Source of the DNA: Raillietiella orientalis
Lineage: Eukaryota
NCBI GenBank assembly: GCA_036172245.1
Contig: JAYWIR010000008.1
Location: 3,906,001 to 3,970,000, forward strand
Reading direction: 5' to 3'
DNA: 64,000 nt
Shown here: in pieces, positions 24,509-36,239 of the stretch
How positions within the stretch are numbered: position 1 is the first letter of the stretch
Layout of the letters: each line of letters begins with the position of its first letter
Position numbers and translations under genes: made by a program
The notes under the pieces: generated by a model
The model's input: the letters and a program-made list of their open reading frames with translations, nothing else
Databases searched by the model: none
What the model was told of the DNA's origin: nothing

Positions 24509-27191
24509 GGGTGAGGTGTGGTGCGGTGAGGTCACCTTCTTGCCTTTCTCCGCATGAAGGCGGTCGGCAGGAGGGTGGCGCCTTCCGCAGCAAGAAGGCG
24601 GCACCCTCTGGTTGGGTTCACATCATACCGCGATTCATTCGCGGTATCTCGGCATAGATTCCGCTAACACGTAGCGGAATTGTAAGAGATACCTAATTCG
24701 CTGAACTTTAAAGAACTTTAGAATAGGCCACTTGTAAAGAGCTTAGCTATAGCAGAGTGGCGCTGGTGCCTTCCTCCGCCTGGAACTAGCGAAGCTCCGT
24801 CTCCGGAAGAGCCGCTCGGCACCGTTGAAGGAGCGCCATGAGACGGCGGCGACGACTGCAGAAGCCGAGGAAGACCCTCCGCGGACAAAGAGACCTCCGT
24901 CCCCCTCGGTTTCTTCAGGAGCACTGTCCTAGTGCAGGAGGGAAGCCCTGCGCCTCCTGGAAGCCGCCTACGGGACCGGAAAGGTCAACCTTCTTGCGGA
25001 AAGTCATCTCGAGGATAGCTCAGCGCCCCCACGCCAACTGCAGCCTCCGGCGTTCCACAAGCTCTCAAGGAGGAGACCCCACGACAGGACAGCCGGCTCA
25101 TTCCCTGGCAGCTCGCTCCCCTTTAGCGGGACTCTTCTTCAGGAGCGCAGGATCTCAGTGGCGCAAGAGTGCATTGTCAGCCGATGTCGCTTTGGTGTAC
25201 CGACCCGATGGTGGAAGCTTCCACGCGAAGCTGCGGCTGACGAGGGCACGGAACCGATAGGGTCATTTGCGGACTTTGGTGGAGGAAGACGCCGGATGGG
25301 CGCCGTTCACCAATCGGTGCTTTGATGCCGTACTTTTGCTTGTGGTAGATGGTGCTATCGAAGGGGTCTCTGGCGCTGGAAAGCGTTCAGTGCAGGTGAT
25401 GAGGGCGCGTCGGCGGGTGGCAACAGCGCCAGGCGGACGCAGCTTGTTGCTTGGGCGTCAGCTGCCCTGCCCCGTCCGTCCGCGCGCCTTCGTGCGGTCG
25501 CGCCCGACCCAGGAGCAGGTCGGTCCGCAAGAGGACTGCAGGCAAGACCGAGCGCAGCTCCCTCGGCCGATCCGCGAAACGGGCATTCGGTCTCTGCCGG
25601 GAGCGCAAAGCGGTCGCCGGGAGGCCGGTGTCCGCGACCAGGGGTGTTTGTCTCCTGCCGCTTCTCCTCGTGCAACTCGGAGCGAACCGGGAGCGACGGG
25701 CCCCCGCGAAGAAACTTCGGACCGACAGGCGTCCGATCCTCCCCGATCCCGAGTGGGGAAACTTTCCCGCTTTCTTTGCGTGCGTTTTCCCTGTTTGGTT
25801 TCCTTTTACAGCGTCGGCATGCGGAGGGGATGCTTCCACCGAGCACCCGCCGCTGCTGCCCCCATTCGAACTTTGCGCGGGGAAACGGCATCGATCGAAG
25901 CAGCTTCGGGGGACCGCGTCGTCATCCTCAAAGTTCGCCCGCCGCCGCCTCTCCGGGACGGAGGGGAGCGCCGCGTCGTCGATGCCCATCGCCGCTGCTG
26001 CTTGTTGTCAGCTGCGCCGGCCCTGGCAACGCCAGGCCTGCAGGGTTCCCAGGGGGTTTATCGTCTCTTCCCCCGCTCCTGCCCCTCTTCGTGAGCAGCG
26101 AGGCGGTTTCCCTCCTTAGAAGGGTTTTCCACGCCTGCTGCGGGCACCTCCGACCCTCCGCCTAAAAGTTCCGGTCCGGCCGGGGGCGTCCTCAAAGTAC
26201 ACGAAGGCGGCGGAGAGCTCATCCGTTGTGCACACCCCGCGCCTCTCGGGGGGGGGGGGGGAAACGACCGAGGTGCCGCGTTCTCTCGAGCGGTCCCTGC
26301 CGTTTCCTTTTGCGTCCCGATCTCCGTGTGCGAACGCGAGGGGGAGCTGGGAACGCCTTGTCGGCCGTTGCGTGCGCTCCGTCCGCTTCCTGTGACGGGT
26401 TCCTCGCTGACCTCCTGGGTGCATTCAAGTCGAGAGCAGCGTCTCTCAGCGTCGGCAAGGCGGAGCGGCTGCGTCGCTTTCGACCCGCCTCGCCTCGCCG
26501 GGAGCACAGCGGAGCGTGCGTCATCTCCCTCCGCCGTCTCTGTTTGGATCTCTGTCCGCCTCTGTGACCTCTCCTCGGCTCATGTTGAGTCGATTATTTG
26601 AAATAGAAGAAAAGGAAGAGATGTAATAAAAAAAGGCGTGGCAAATATCTGTGGGCTCAAAATGAAGGGTCCATGTGGGCAGCCCTCGGGTGGGAGTGGT
26701 GGGTTAGGGTGGAGGAAATCCTGACGAAGGATGGGTGAATGCGGGGCTGAAAGGGTGATGATGGTGACGACTGCCGGGGAGGCTGAGTTGGGGAAGAAAG
26801 GAGTGGACATGGGGTGCAGGATACGGTCACTTTTAACCTGCACGCAGTTGCCCTGAGACCCCCTCTCGCTCCAGTTTCCAGTTTGTAGCGTTTGCGGATG
26901 CGATCCAGTGGAGGAACCGCGAGTGGACGGAATTATGGCGGGCGGGAGCGAGGAGGAGGATTAGGAATGGGGAGTAGGATTTGGATGACGCGATCCCTGT
27001 GCACATCGCCCACTTCTGCCGCTCTTACAAGAGGCCGAAGGTCCAAGGCGATCGATCAGGCCCCAGGCTGCATTGCAGGGGAAGGAGCTGGAGTGCCCCA
27101 CGATGTGCGGCTCTAGCCCTGATGAATCCTCCGGAGACTGTATCAGGGCATCCCGGTAGCACGTGCTCCCCGCCGGCACGTGGAGGTGCCC

Positions 27192-27250
27192 CCTCGTTCT
27201 GGAGCACCGCCAGCAAGACGGAGGCTTGCTGGCGGTGCTCCAGAATGAGG
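27192..27250. repeat. Perfect hairpin (21-bp Watson-Crick stem, 26 bp including one G-U)
   Basis: cctcg TTCTGGAGCACCGCCAGCAAG acggagg CTTGCTGGCGGTGCTCCAGAA tgagg. Confidence 0.95.
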
Positions 27251-27329
27251 CTTCAAACGGAAGCACTCGGGATTCATCAGCGGCGAAGGTCCGGTCATTC
27301 CGTTTTCCAGTTTATCCCTTCATTCATCC

Positions 27330-27800
27330 ATTCGTCCTCCCTCTGCAGCCTCCACGCTCTCTTGCAATTACTGCTGTCCGTGGAGGTCCATTCAGGAGAA
27401 ATGCCAAAGTTTTTGCCCGCGAACGACCAGGCATATCTTAGAGAGGAGGAGGAGAGAGAAGTTCATTCCTGCACCCATGGCGCACAGAGGGGACGCTCAT
27501 CGAACACAGAGAGGGTATTCCCTTATCAGAGGCATCCCAGCTTGACTACCAGGGTGCCCGCTCCTTTTTCTTTTCGGACCCTCCCAATGAAATCCCCCTC
27601 CAGGCACACGGCCATCCCGAGGGGGCGAGTATCGTCCTGTCCAGTCACGATAACCACCAACGCACGTTCTCCGCAGTGTCCTCCGTTGAACGGCGCACGT
27701 TCACCTCTGGGGAGGGTATCCCGGAAGGGGCATGTCGCAAAGTCGGACTCGAACTGGCCAGTCCGCTGACTCCTTTCGTGTCCTCCGCAGCCTCCTGAAA
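27330..27800 (-). mobile_element. Possible decayed Ty3/gypsy pol remnant (protease end and integrase zinc-binding region)
   Basis: Minus-strand pieces HCGERALVVIVTGQDDTRPLGMAVCL (cf. ..VV.G.GP.LLGR.WL), SGHPG and GCRNELLSPPPL/YAWSFAGK (cf. C..CQ..P.PL..W.WP..PW). Frameshifted. Confidence 0.35.
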
Positions 27801-28079
27801 CTCAGCAGTTGTTCCGACTTTCCCTGCACCTCCTTCCCGTCTCTTTTCATGTTTCAGAGCGTTCCTTGGGCGTGAGTTTATTAGGCTCAGGGGGCAGCCG
27901 AACCTCTCATCTGACTTTCGCCGAAACGCTGAGAGGGGGCGGTGCGCAGTCCCCCAGAACAGCGGGTCTCTTTACGCCTGGGAGCTCGGATCCTCTTTCC
28001 ACTCAGTGACCTTGCAGACCTTTGTTCTCCTTCTGGGGGATCCTCGAGTAGTCTCCAGTCTCGAGTAGTCTCGAGTAGT

Positions 28080-28281
28080 TCTTTTATTTATTTTTGACTT
28101 TTTTTTTTGTTTTTGTTTATATCCCCCTCTCCTCTGCTGCCGAGGTGGACCGTACCGGTCTGCGAACCGGTGACCCGTCAGGGTTTGTGCATATAGAGCG
28201 TGGCTGGACCACTAGTCCAGCCACAGATTCCCCAAATATTTTATTCGAAAGAATAAACGCCCCGGCGTACCCGGGTGGGAA
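28080..28281 (+). mobile_element. 5'-truncated LINE insertion (3' UTR only) with 14-bp target-site duplication
   Basis: Homologous to the 3' UTRs at ~33905-34136 and ~37562-37740. Flanked by TCGAGTAGTCTCCA at 28044-28057 and 28282-28295. Confidence 0.8.
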
Positions 28282-29589
28282 TCGAGTAGTCTCCACGCGA
28301 AGCCATCCTGATCTTGTGGCCCACTCCCGCTCTGGCAGACGTGTCAGACCCTTCTTGCACCGGCCCTTCTCCTCTCTTCGTGGAGCTGCCGGCAACGAAG
28401 GGATGACGGGGCGGCCGTCCCACCTTCGGTCCTCCATGCGCGCCTGGGGAGGTGATGTGCCCATCCCTACGCAGGGAAGGTTGCCTCTGACGCTTTCCGA
28501 GTGGAACGCAGGTGGTGGTGGTGGCTTCCTCGGTCCACCTCTTTCGTAGCAAAGGATGATCCTCTTTCCTTCCGCTCCCAGTCCGCTGCTCCGCCGTTCC
28601 CGGAAGCCTCTTTCCTGGAAAAAGAAAGTTTCCCAGGGTTGATCTGACGACGAAGGCATGCTGCCGCCGCAAGGACCCTCCACAACCTCACGCTCACTCC
28701 CCCTAGCTGCCGTTTCCCTGAGAGTGACCATGATGGGCCGGCGGCGCTCAGCACGAGAGGAAAGAGAAGGAAGCCGGAAGAGGAATTCCCCTGTTGCTCT
28801 CCCTCACCCCAAGTCTTCCTGATTCCCTCCCCCAAGCCTGCTCTCCCTTGTGCATGATTAGTTTGGCGCTGGTGTCCTGGATGGGACCCTTGCCGACCCC
28901 ATATCGATGGATGTGCCTGTGCAGGGTAGCCGCCGGGAGCGCTCGCCTGTACCGGTCGTCACCGCCGATCCGGCGACCGTGGTACGCGCATTGTCCTGGT
29001 AACCACTGCTCTCTGAAGCCTCGTCTGGGCATCGGCCTGGCTGCGGTGTCGCCTTTGCCACTGCCTCTGGGCAGGCCTCTGGAAAAATGACCTCCTGAGA
29101 AGCCGCAGGCGGCCGCCTTTCTCCTGTCGTCCTGAGAATCCGTAGAGGCTGTGGCACCTGGGCAACTTTACCCCGCGCGGCGGCTCCAGCATGGAAAGAG
29201 GAGGGGGAGGGAGAAGAAGGAGGGAAAGGAGAAGCGAGGCGGAAGATGTTGATGAGTGAGCCAAGCTGTGTGGGAGTGAAGGAAAGGGAGGGAGGCAGCA
29301 GCAAGAGCAGCCTCCAGTGACCGGAGAGGCACAGCCGGAGCTCTTGAAGAAAGGACTCCCAACATCCCTGGGTCCTAGGACTGCTCCGCTGCCACCCAGG
29401 AACTCATTCTCCCCTCGAAAGATATCCTTCAAGGCGAAGATTCTCCCCAGAAAATGGCGCTCGCGAGGGAGAAGAATCACTGGAAGGTCGTCTCTCCCGT
29501 TTAGGTCACCTCCGTTCCCGCTTGCCGTAGATTCACCCTCATTCTCTCCTTGTCCCGCGCCCTTTCTCGCGCCTAACTGAGCAGCGCTA

Positions 29590-30600
29590 CCTGAGCAGGT
29601 GAAGCTGAATATAGCCTCCGGTGAGAGGGTTGGACGAATTCAAAGATGCTGGATGCCTGCGCCCCAGGGGACTCTTCGAAAGCAGAGAGCTGGTACCAAC
29701 GGCGATGGCAGGTGGGTGGACTTTCCAGGTCGAAACACCGCGGAGACCGGAGAGCTCATCGCCCTCCACTTTCCGACTTTCGGAGACAGTCGAGGCACGC
29801 CCTACCGCCGTCCTTGCGCTAGGTCAGGGGATCTCCACTCTGCTATAATCCTCCGGCGGCCCAGAGGCTTCACAGTCGGCCGTTCCACAGCCCCTCTTGC
29901 TGCTTCGCGCGCCTTCCCGTTCGGGAACCAGCGAATCGGAGCATCTCCGATTTCCCGAGGCGCGAGCTCTTCCAATGCGGGGCCATCCCAAGACTCGGAT
30001 CTCGGCCACTTCTAGCAGGCTTGCGCCTTCGCACTCCGTTGCCATCGCAACCGCCTCCTTGAAGGGCGAACCGTGCAGTCTCCTCCTCAAGAGAAGACGG
30101 CGGCAACCTCGCTTTCAAGAAGAAAGGGGCAAGAAGCCTGCCTCCCCGGAGCTCCTTGGAAGCGACCCATATGATGTTCCGAGGACTTCTTTTTCACCCC
30201 GCCTGGGAGCCGCATCCTTGCCCGGGAGGTCGCAGTTTCTGGATCAGGGGCGCCTGACGGTCTTGGGGTTGGGAGTTTCCCTGAAAGAGTGGAGGCGGAT
30301 GCGACCTCCGTTTCCTTGTTGCACCCCTCTGCCCTGTCGCCTTGCCGACTCGGAGTCGGACAGCCAAGAGCAGAGCCCAGCTGCCTCTGGTAGTTTTCTA
30401 CAGGAACCTTGGGACATTCCTGTCAGCGGGTTTGGACGGCAAGCCTCTCCTAACAGGAGCTCCCTCCCCTTTCCGCTGGATGCTTTGCGGAGACCGGAAA
30501 AGGAGAGGGGAGGGGCACGAAGGACGAAGCTGTTTGGCTTGACTGCCCTGCACGTTCGACCGCCGGAGGGAGCTGCCGGACTTCGACAGATGTAGGCAAG
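29590..30600 (+). mobile_element. Decayed LINE ORF1-like fragments
   Basis: SQFLDQGRLTVLGLGVSLKEWRR..PLPCRLADSE and GWTFQVET..ELIALHFPTFG resemble the RRM-like part of Tx1/L1-type ORF1. Disrupted. Confidence 0.4.
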
Positions 30601-31019
30601 TAAAGTTTTGAAGGAGATTTCGAGGAGGCGGCCATCTTTGCGGAGCGGCCGAGTTGTCTGCAGCCCCTGTTTTGTGCGGGGCAGCCGCCCTCCACCCGAA
30701 GTTGGGGATAAACGAAAGTCTGGAGGAGGGTTAGCGTCCGTCCCCTCCCTTCACCCCCCGTCGAAAAGTAGGTGGCGGAAAATTAAAGCCACGCGTTCAC
30801 CTGGCCAGCCGGTCACGAGAGCGGGTCGCTCAGTGGAACAAGAGGAGCCCGTTCCGGGGTGCTCGAAGCGTCTTCACGCAACACCGGGGAGTCCCTGGAG
30901 ACGCAGACGCCGCTCCTAGCAGCGGGAGCACAGTCGAACGAGAGTGAGCACGCAGCCGGGCGTGCGCGCCCGCTACCGAGGGAGGTCTTTCACCCGCATT
31001 TGCCGAGGCTTGTATTTTA

Positions 31020-31381
31020 AAATAACAACAATAATTACAATAAGAACAACAACGACAAGAATAACAACAACAAAACAATGACAACAGCAATAACAAAACA
31101 ACAACAAGAAGAATAACAATAACAATAACAAAACAACAACAACAATAACAACAATAACAAAACAACAATAACAACAATAAAAAAACAAAGACAACAACAA
31201 AAACAATAATAATAATAGTAATAGTAATAAAAAACAATGACAATAACAAAAGAAGAAGAACAACAACAACAACAGCAATAATAATAATAAAAAAGCAACT
31301 ACAGCAACAATAATTACAATAAAAAAAGAACAACAATAAGAGCAACAATAATAATGATATCAATAATAAGAATAATAGTAA
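31020..31381 (+). repeat. Degenerate (AAC/AAT)n microsatellite
   Basis: About 360 nt of aacaac/aataac/aataat triplets with very few G. The source of the hydrophobic minus-strand pseudo-ORFs in the track. Confidence 0.95.
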
Positions 31382-32919
31382 AATGTCATTGTGGTGGGAC
31401 TCTCCGTCCTACCACGTCCTACCAATCGCGCAACTTCTCGAGTTGCCGGTACGCAGACCGGCGAGGTCCGCCTCGGCAACGAAGGGGAGGGACCACAAAC
31501 AAAAGGAAAAAAAAAAGAAACGGAAGTTTTCTTGGGGGGGAGGGGGAAGGGGAAGAGTCGGGAAGGGATTACTGCTCGCTGCTAGATGCCCTCTACGTTC
31601 TTTCCAGGATGCTGGCAAGTTCGTTCCGTATGCTGCCCAGGGGGGGCCCTCTCGAGGCGGTCCTCAAGAAGATTCTCGTCCGGCGGATCGAGTCCCTTCC
31701 GTGCTGACCTCTTCTCGCGGCGTTCCAGGTCGCCACTGCTCCGCGAAGACAGCAGAGAACCAACAGCGAGGAACGCGGGTGGAGGAGGCAGTGCGGCACG
31801 CACGAGGACTGCGTTCACAAGAAGCCCTGAGGCCGCCCACAGGGATTCGGAGGGTCGTTGCTAGACGATCCCAAATGGGTAGAAGGGGCAGCACAGTCTA
31901 GGAGCTGGCTCAGGAGGGTCTCCCTTTCCCTGCCACGCTCCGTCATTACACTCCCTAGGGTCCGGTGGCGAAGGCAATTTCGTGGGATTCCACCCTTCAG
32001 CGCCAACCCCTGGCACTTGAGAGGGAGGGCGCCACTGTTCCAGCTCGTTGGGGGATGCTTTAGGTCCTCTGGGAGAATCCCAAGAAGCTCTCCCAGAGCG
32101 TGCGAGAGTCCTGTGGGAGGTGGGACACTCGAGATCGCAGCGTCCGTAGGTTTCCGTGTTGCTTACGCACCCAGAGGTTTCCTTTTTGCTGCGAGGCAGC
32201 AGGTCGCTTCCCACCTTGTCTGGATCACGCCGTCCCTTGTGTCCCTCGGAGAGGGCAGCACTGGAGTGAGGTCCCAGAGGATTCTTCTTGGGATTCCAAC
32301 GGTCGTCTCCAGACGATCCCCAAGGGGTCTGTCGGAAGGTCAGTGCAGTCTTCCATGTCGCGCCGCCACCGGTGGTGGGCACGTAACGTGCTTGCCCCCA
32401 GAGTGGCTTACGGAGGGGGGCGTTTCTCAGGGTGATGCCTCAAGTGATGGCGCAGCGATTACCCTCCCGATCCGGCGGCGGAGCGCGCACTTGCGTGTTG
32501 AAGATGAAAGAGAAAAATGAAGTGGAACCAAAGCGGGAAGAAGAGAGTCTAGGCTGCTCTCAAGCTGCGCTCCTCTCCCCCTTACCTGTTCACATAATCC
32601 TGCGTCCCCAACAGCGGCACGACGGTTTCGTGTCGTTCAGGATTTCCGGAGGGATTCGAGCCCTGGAGCGAGCATCCCAGTTGCATGTGCGTGGACGGAG
32701 AAGCACGCGTGGAGGCTTTCGCAGGGAATGCGAACTTGGAACATGCGTGACTTGAAGAAGGGAGCCCCCGGGAGGAGCACTGCCGTTCCCGGGAAGAGGT
32801 CGTCCGTTCGAAGGGTCCTCGTGGTCTCCACCGCTGCTGCGCGCAGCGCGGCCCTTTCAGGATTCCTCCCGTTTCACGCCAGCCAGCACGCGAGAAATCC
32901 GCTGGCTGCCACGTGCCCG

Positions 32920-34136
32920 TGAGCAGTCCAGAGCAGGGGGCGCGTCGGGGGCTTGCGATCCTCCCCCCCTCTCGGGATGACGCTGGTTGGTCCGTAGGCT
33001 CCGGGAGCGGCACTGACGGGTGCTCACCCGTTGAGTGGCCGGGATTGGAAGTGAACCCTCCGGGGTCCTTCCAGGACATCAAGGAAAGCCGGTTTCCTCC
33101 GGGGTTCCCCTCCGGCTGGGCAAATAGAACCTTCCTCCCATCCCCCTTCCGAGGGAGACCCCACATCGTGGACCACAGAGCTCGTCGATACGCCCCGGAA
33201 GGTTGCTTCTCCAGAGTGCCAGAACAGCGCCGCTCCCTTCGGGGAGCGTCCTTCAAAGAGAAATTGGGAATGTTCCTTCCCTTCGAGGTTCTCTTTGAAG
33301 GAGGAGACAAGGAACGGGTCCTTTCCGGGGGTCCCACTGGAAAAGAACTTCCGGAAGCGGCCCCCACGAACCATGAAGTCCCCTCCGGGGAGAATAAGGA
33401 AAGGGTTCCTTTAGGGATTCCATTCGGAGACAACCAGCAGGAGTCGGCACTTCTGCTGTTGCACTGGGGTCTTCCCTGAAACTCCCAGTGGACACCACTG
33501 GACGCTGGAGAGGGTGAGCCCGGACTGTCGCGGGTGTGGGGAACGGGAGTCTCTCCTGCACCTGCTTGTGGACTGTGTTGCCCTCCAGCGACTGTGGGAG
33601 CGTTTTGGAACGGCCCTTCGGATCCTGGTTGGCATCCTCAGGGACGTTTTAGGGCTCCTCTTCGTGAGGGATGCCCCGCGGTCAGCCGCAGCCCAAGCAG
33701 CTTTTCGCGGCAACCGCGGGATTGCAGGCAGCCTGGAGCGAAGCCCAGAGAGGGAGAGACGGGAGGGATGCCGTCCAGCTCGCAGTTCGCATCCTGCAGA
33801 TAGTGACCAGATGGCTCCACCTGGGATCTATTCGGACGGACCTAGCCGGCATGTTGGAAAGGATGCGGACTCCCTCCGCGACCCTTCCCGACCCCCCTTC
33901 CCAAAGATTTTTTATTTATTTTCATTTGCTCCCGTTTCTTCTTGGAAAAGAATTTTTTTTTCGTTTTCGTCCCTCCCCCACCGCTGCCGAAGGGAGCCCC
34001 GTTGGCCTCAGACCTGCCGGGTCGGCAACCCGGCGGGTCTGTGGACAACGGTGGAACGTGGTAGGGCCACGCGTCCCACCACAATTTGGGGGTTCTTTTC
34101 AATTATAAGAAACGCTCCGGCGTGTCAGAGCGGGAA
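32920..34136 (+). mobile_element. Internally deleted Tx1/L1-like LINE: endonuclease fragment, shared module, zf-RVT C-terminus, structured 3' UTR
   Basis: EQGARRGLAIL (APE 'RGVAIL'-like). CRGCGERESLLHLLVDCVALQRLW is the CCHC zf-RVT motif of L1/Tx1 ORF2. T-rich 3' UTR ending ...gagcgggaa at 34136. Confidence 0.75.
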
Positions 34137-34899
34137 TCAGAGACAGCCAAGACGAAGGGTGTGGTCGTGTGGAGCGGGAGTGTGCGCGCGCGGTCCGCCG
34201 TTCCGTTTTCGGGATTTCGACTCCGGGTCGCCATCGCTTCTCCCTGCATTCACGTGATGCGCCGCTTGCCGCTTCGTTCTTGCTCGTCACGTCTTGAGTT
34301 TTCGGGATGCTTCTGGATGCCACGACGCTGTTTTGAAAACGGGATGCCGGTCAAAGATTGGATGGCCGTGGGGGATCGACCGCACAGATGCTTCTCGACC
34401 TTCTGGGTGAGGTCAAAGCACTGCAGCTCGTCGGGTCGGAAAGCGAACGGATGAGGGCGGCTCGTTGCGCGCGCACGTCGGCGCGCGACTCTTCTACACG
34501 TCTCTCGTCATCGCAGGCTGCTCTCCGCGACGCAGAGAGCCTCTCTGGAAGGGGGAGGAGTGCGTGCGAAAGAAGCAGCGAGCAGCGTCGCCTTCCTCCT
34601 CCTTACCCGAGTTGTTTCCTCCTCCGCACCTCGCTTCCCTTCCCGCGCGTGACTGCCGCGTCCCAGTCGGCTAGATCCACGAAACCGAGTCCCCGTGGTC
34701 TAGGAAACCCGGGAGAAACTTTGCTGCTTCCCCCAGCCAGCCGCTGCCTTCTTCCCCCCGGAGGGCCTCCACTCTCCGGCGCGCGCTTCTGGAAGTGGCG
34801 CGCACGCCGGAGCGGGGAGGCATGGGGGAGGTCCCGGAACGCGGCGTCCTCCCTTTCGAGGGTTACGTCGCTGGCGCTGTCCCGGATGTCAGCGTCGGG

Positions 34900-35590
34900 T
34901 AAACCGAATGAATCTCGGAGGAGGAATCTTATCGTGGATGTCCACGTTCGTCCCACGCGCACCGTGGGGCGCAAACACGAGGCCGTGGGAACGGTATGGG
35001 TGGAAGGGTCTCGGAGAGCTCTACTCCCAGAGGCAGGCGGAGCGATCTCTTATTTCGGGATACTCCAGGGTGGGACAGGTCCTCGCCCGTCTTTTCAAGG
35101 ACATGCGGTCGAAAGGAACGACGCGCGCTTTGGCAGGGGACGGCACTGAGTTTCTCTCCCATCTTGGGCAGCATCCCGGACAGGTATTCAGTTCCAGCTG
35201 CTGCCACGGGGGGCACCGGAGAATCCTCTGCTTCTCGGCGTCATCCAGTTTGGACCTGCCCCGGAGGCTTTGCAGGAGACTTCCAAGGAGCGTCCACTAC
35301 CGTCCAGGTTGGCAAGACCTGGTTGGCAGTGGACCTTGGTGGCAGCGGCCGGCGGATACCGTCTTCCTCCCAGGAACCACGCCACTAAAAAAGCTGTGGA
35401 AGGATTGCCAGGAGCATGCCGGGTTTCTCCAGAGGATCAGCGAAAGCACTTCTGGTGTCCTCTGGTGGACCATGAATCCACGCTGCAGATGTCCGGACCG
35501 GCGTGGTCATCTTCAAGAGAGGCTGCTTTCGAGGACAAGAGTTCGCGGATCCTCGAAAACAAAGGATGAGGGCGGAGTAGGAAGAGGAGG
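34900..35590 (+). mobile_element. Decayed LINE ORF1 fragment with zinc-knuckle remnant
   Basis: GQVLARLFKDM..GSIPDRY, QEPRH*KSCG and RCRCPDRRGHLQ. A diverged inverted copy lies at ~38255-38372. Confidence 0.5.
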
Positions 35591-36239
35591 AGGGGGGCGG
35601 GGAGGGGAGAGGAAAGCGCTCTGCCAAGCTGCAAGAGGAAAAAAAAAAAAAAAAAAAAACGCCCTTTCACGCTTCTAGGACTTGAAGCTGAGGGTTGGCA
35701 TGGCAAGCGAGCATGTCGAGCCAGACTTGATGCTCGGGAGGAGCTCTGCGTCTGCGGCGTCTCTCACGCAGACTCTTTCGGACGGAGCTTCCGGTCCGCG
35801 TGCGGTCCCCACCCGGGGCATCCTGCTCCGGTCCTCCGCTCCTCTGAGAAATTCCATGTGGGCTTGGCCCGCGTCAGAGGTCGCGTGGCTGCGGTCTCCG
35901 CAAGCGTGGCACTGAGCGTCGCGAGTTCGAATCCCGTCGGGGAAAAGCATCGACGCCAGGGAAATAGGTGCGTCGTGGCTTCGATTCCCTTCTGCAGCCT
36001 GATGATGCTGGTTGGCCTGCATTCGGGTGCGGCGACGGTAGAGGTTCAAACAGGATGTCCCCGATAAGTGGCCGGGATGAAGAGTCGACTTTCCGAGGTC
36101 CTTCCAGGAAACAGAATCAAGGAGTGGGGGTTCAACTCCGGCTGTGCAAAGGAGCCGTCCCTCCTCCCCCTCGTGGATGGATCCTCCGTCTCGTACCATG
36201 GAGATGATGGATTGATGATGCCTCTCCAGAGTGTAGAGA

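Noticed and set aside
30830..31363. Hydrophobic Leu/Val/Cys-rich ORFs that look like membrane proteins
   Set aside because: Translations of the (AAC/AAT)n microsatellite.
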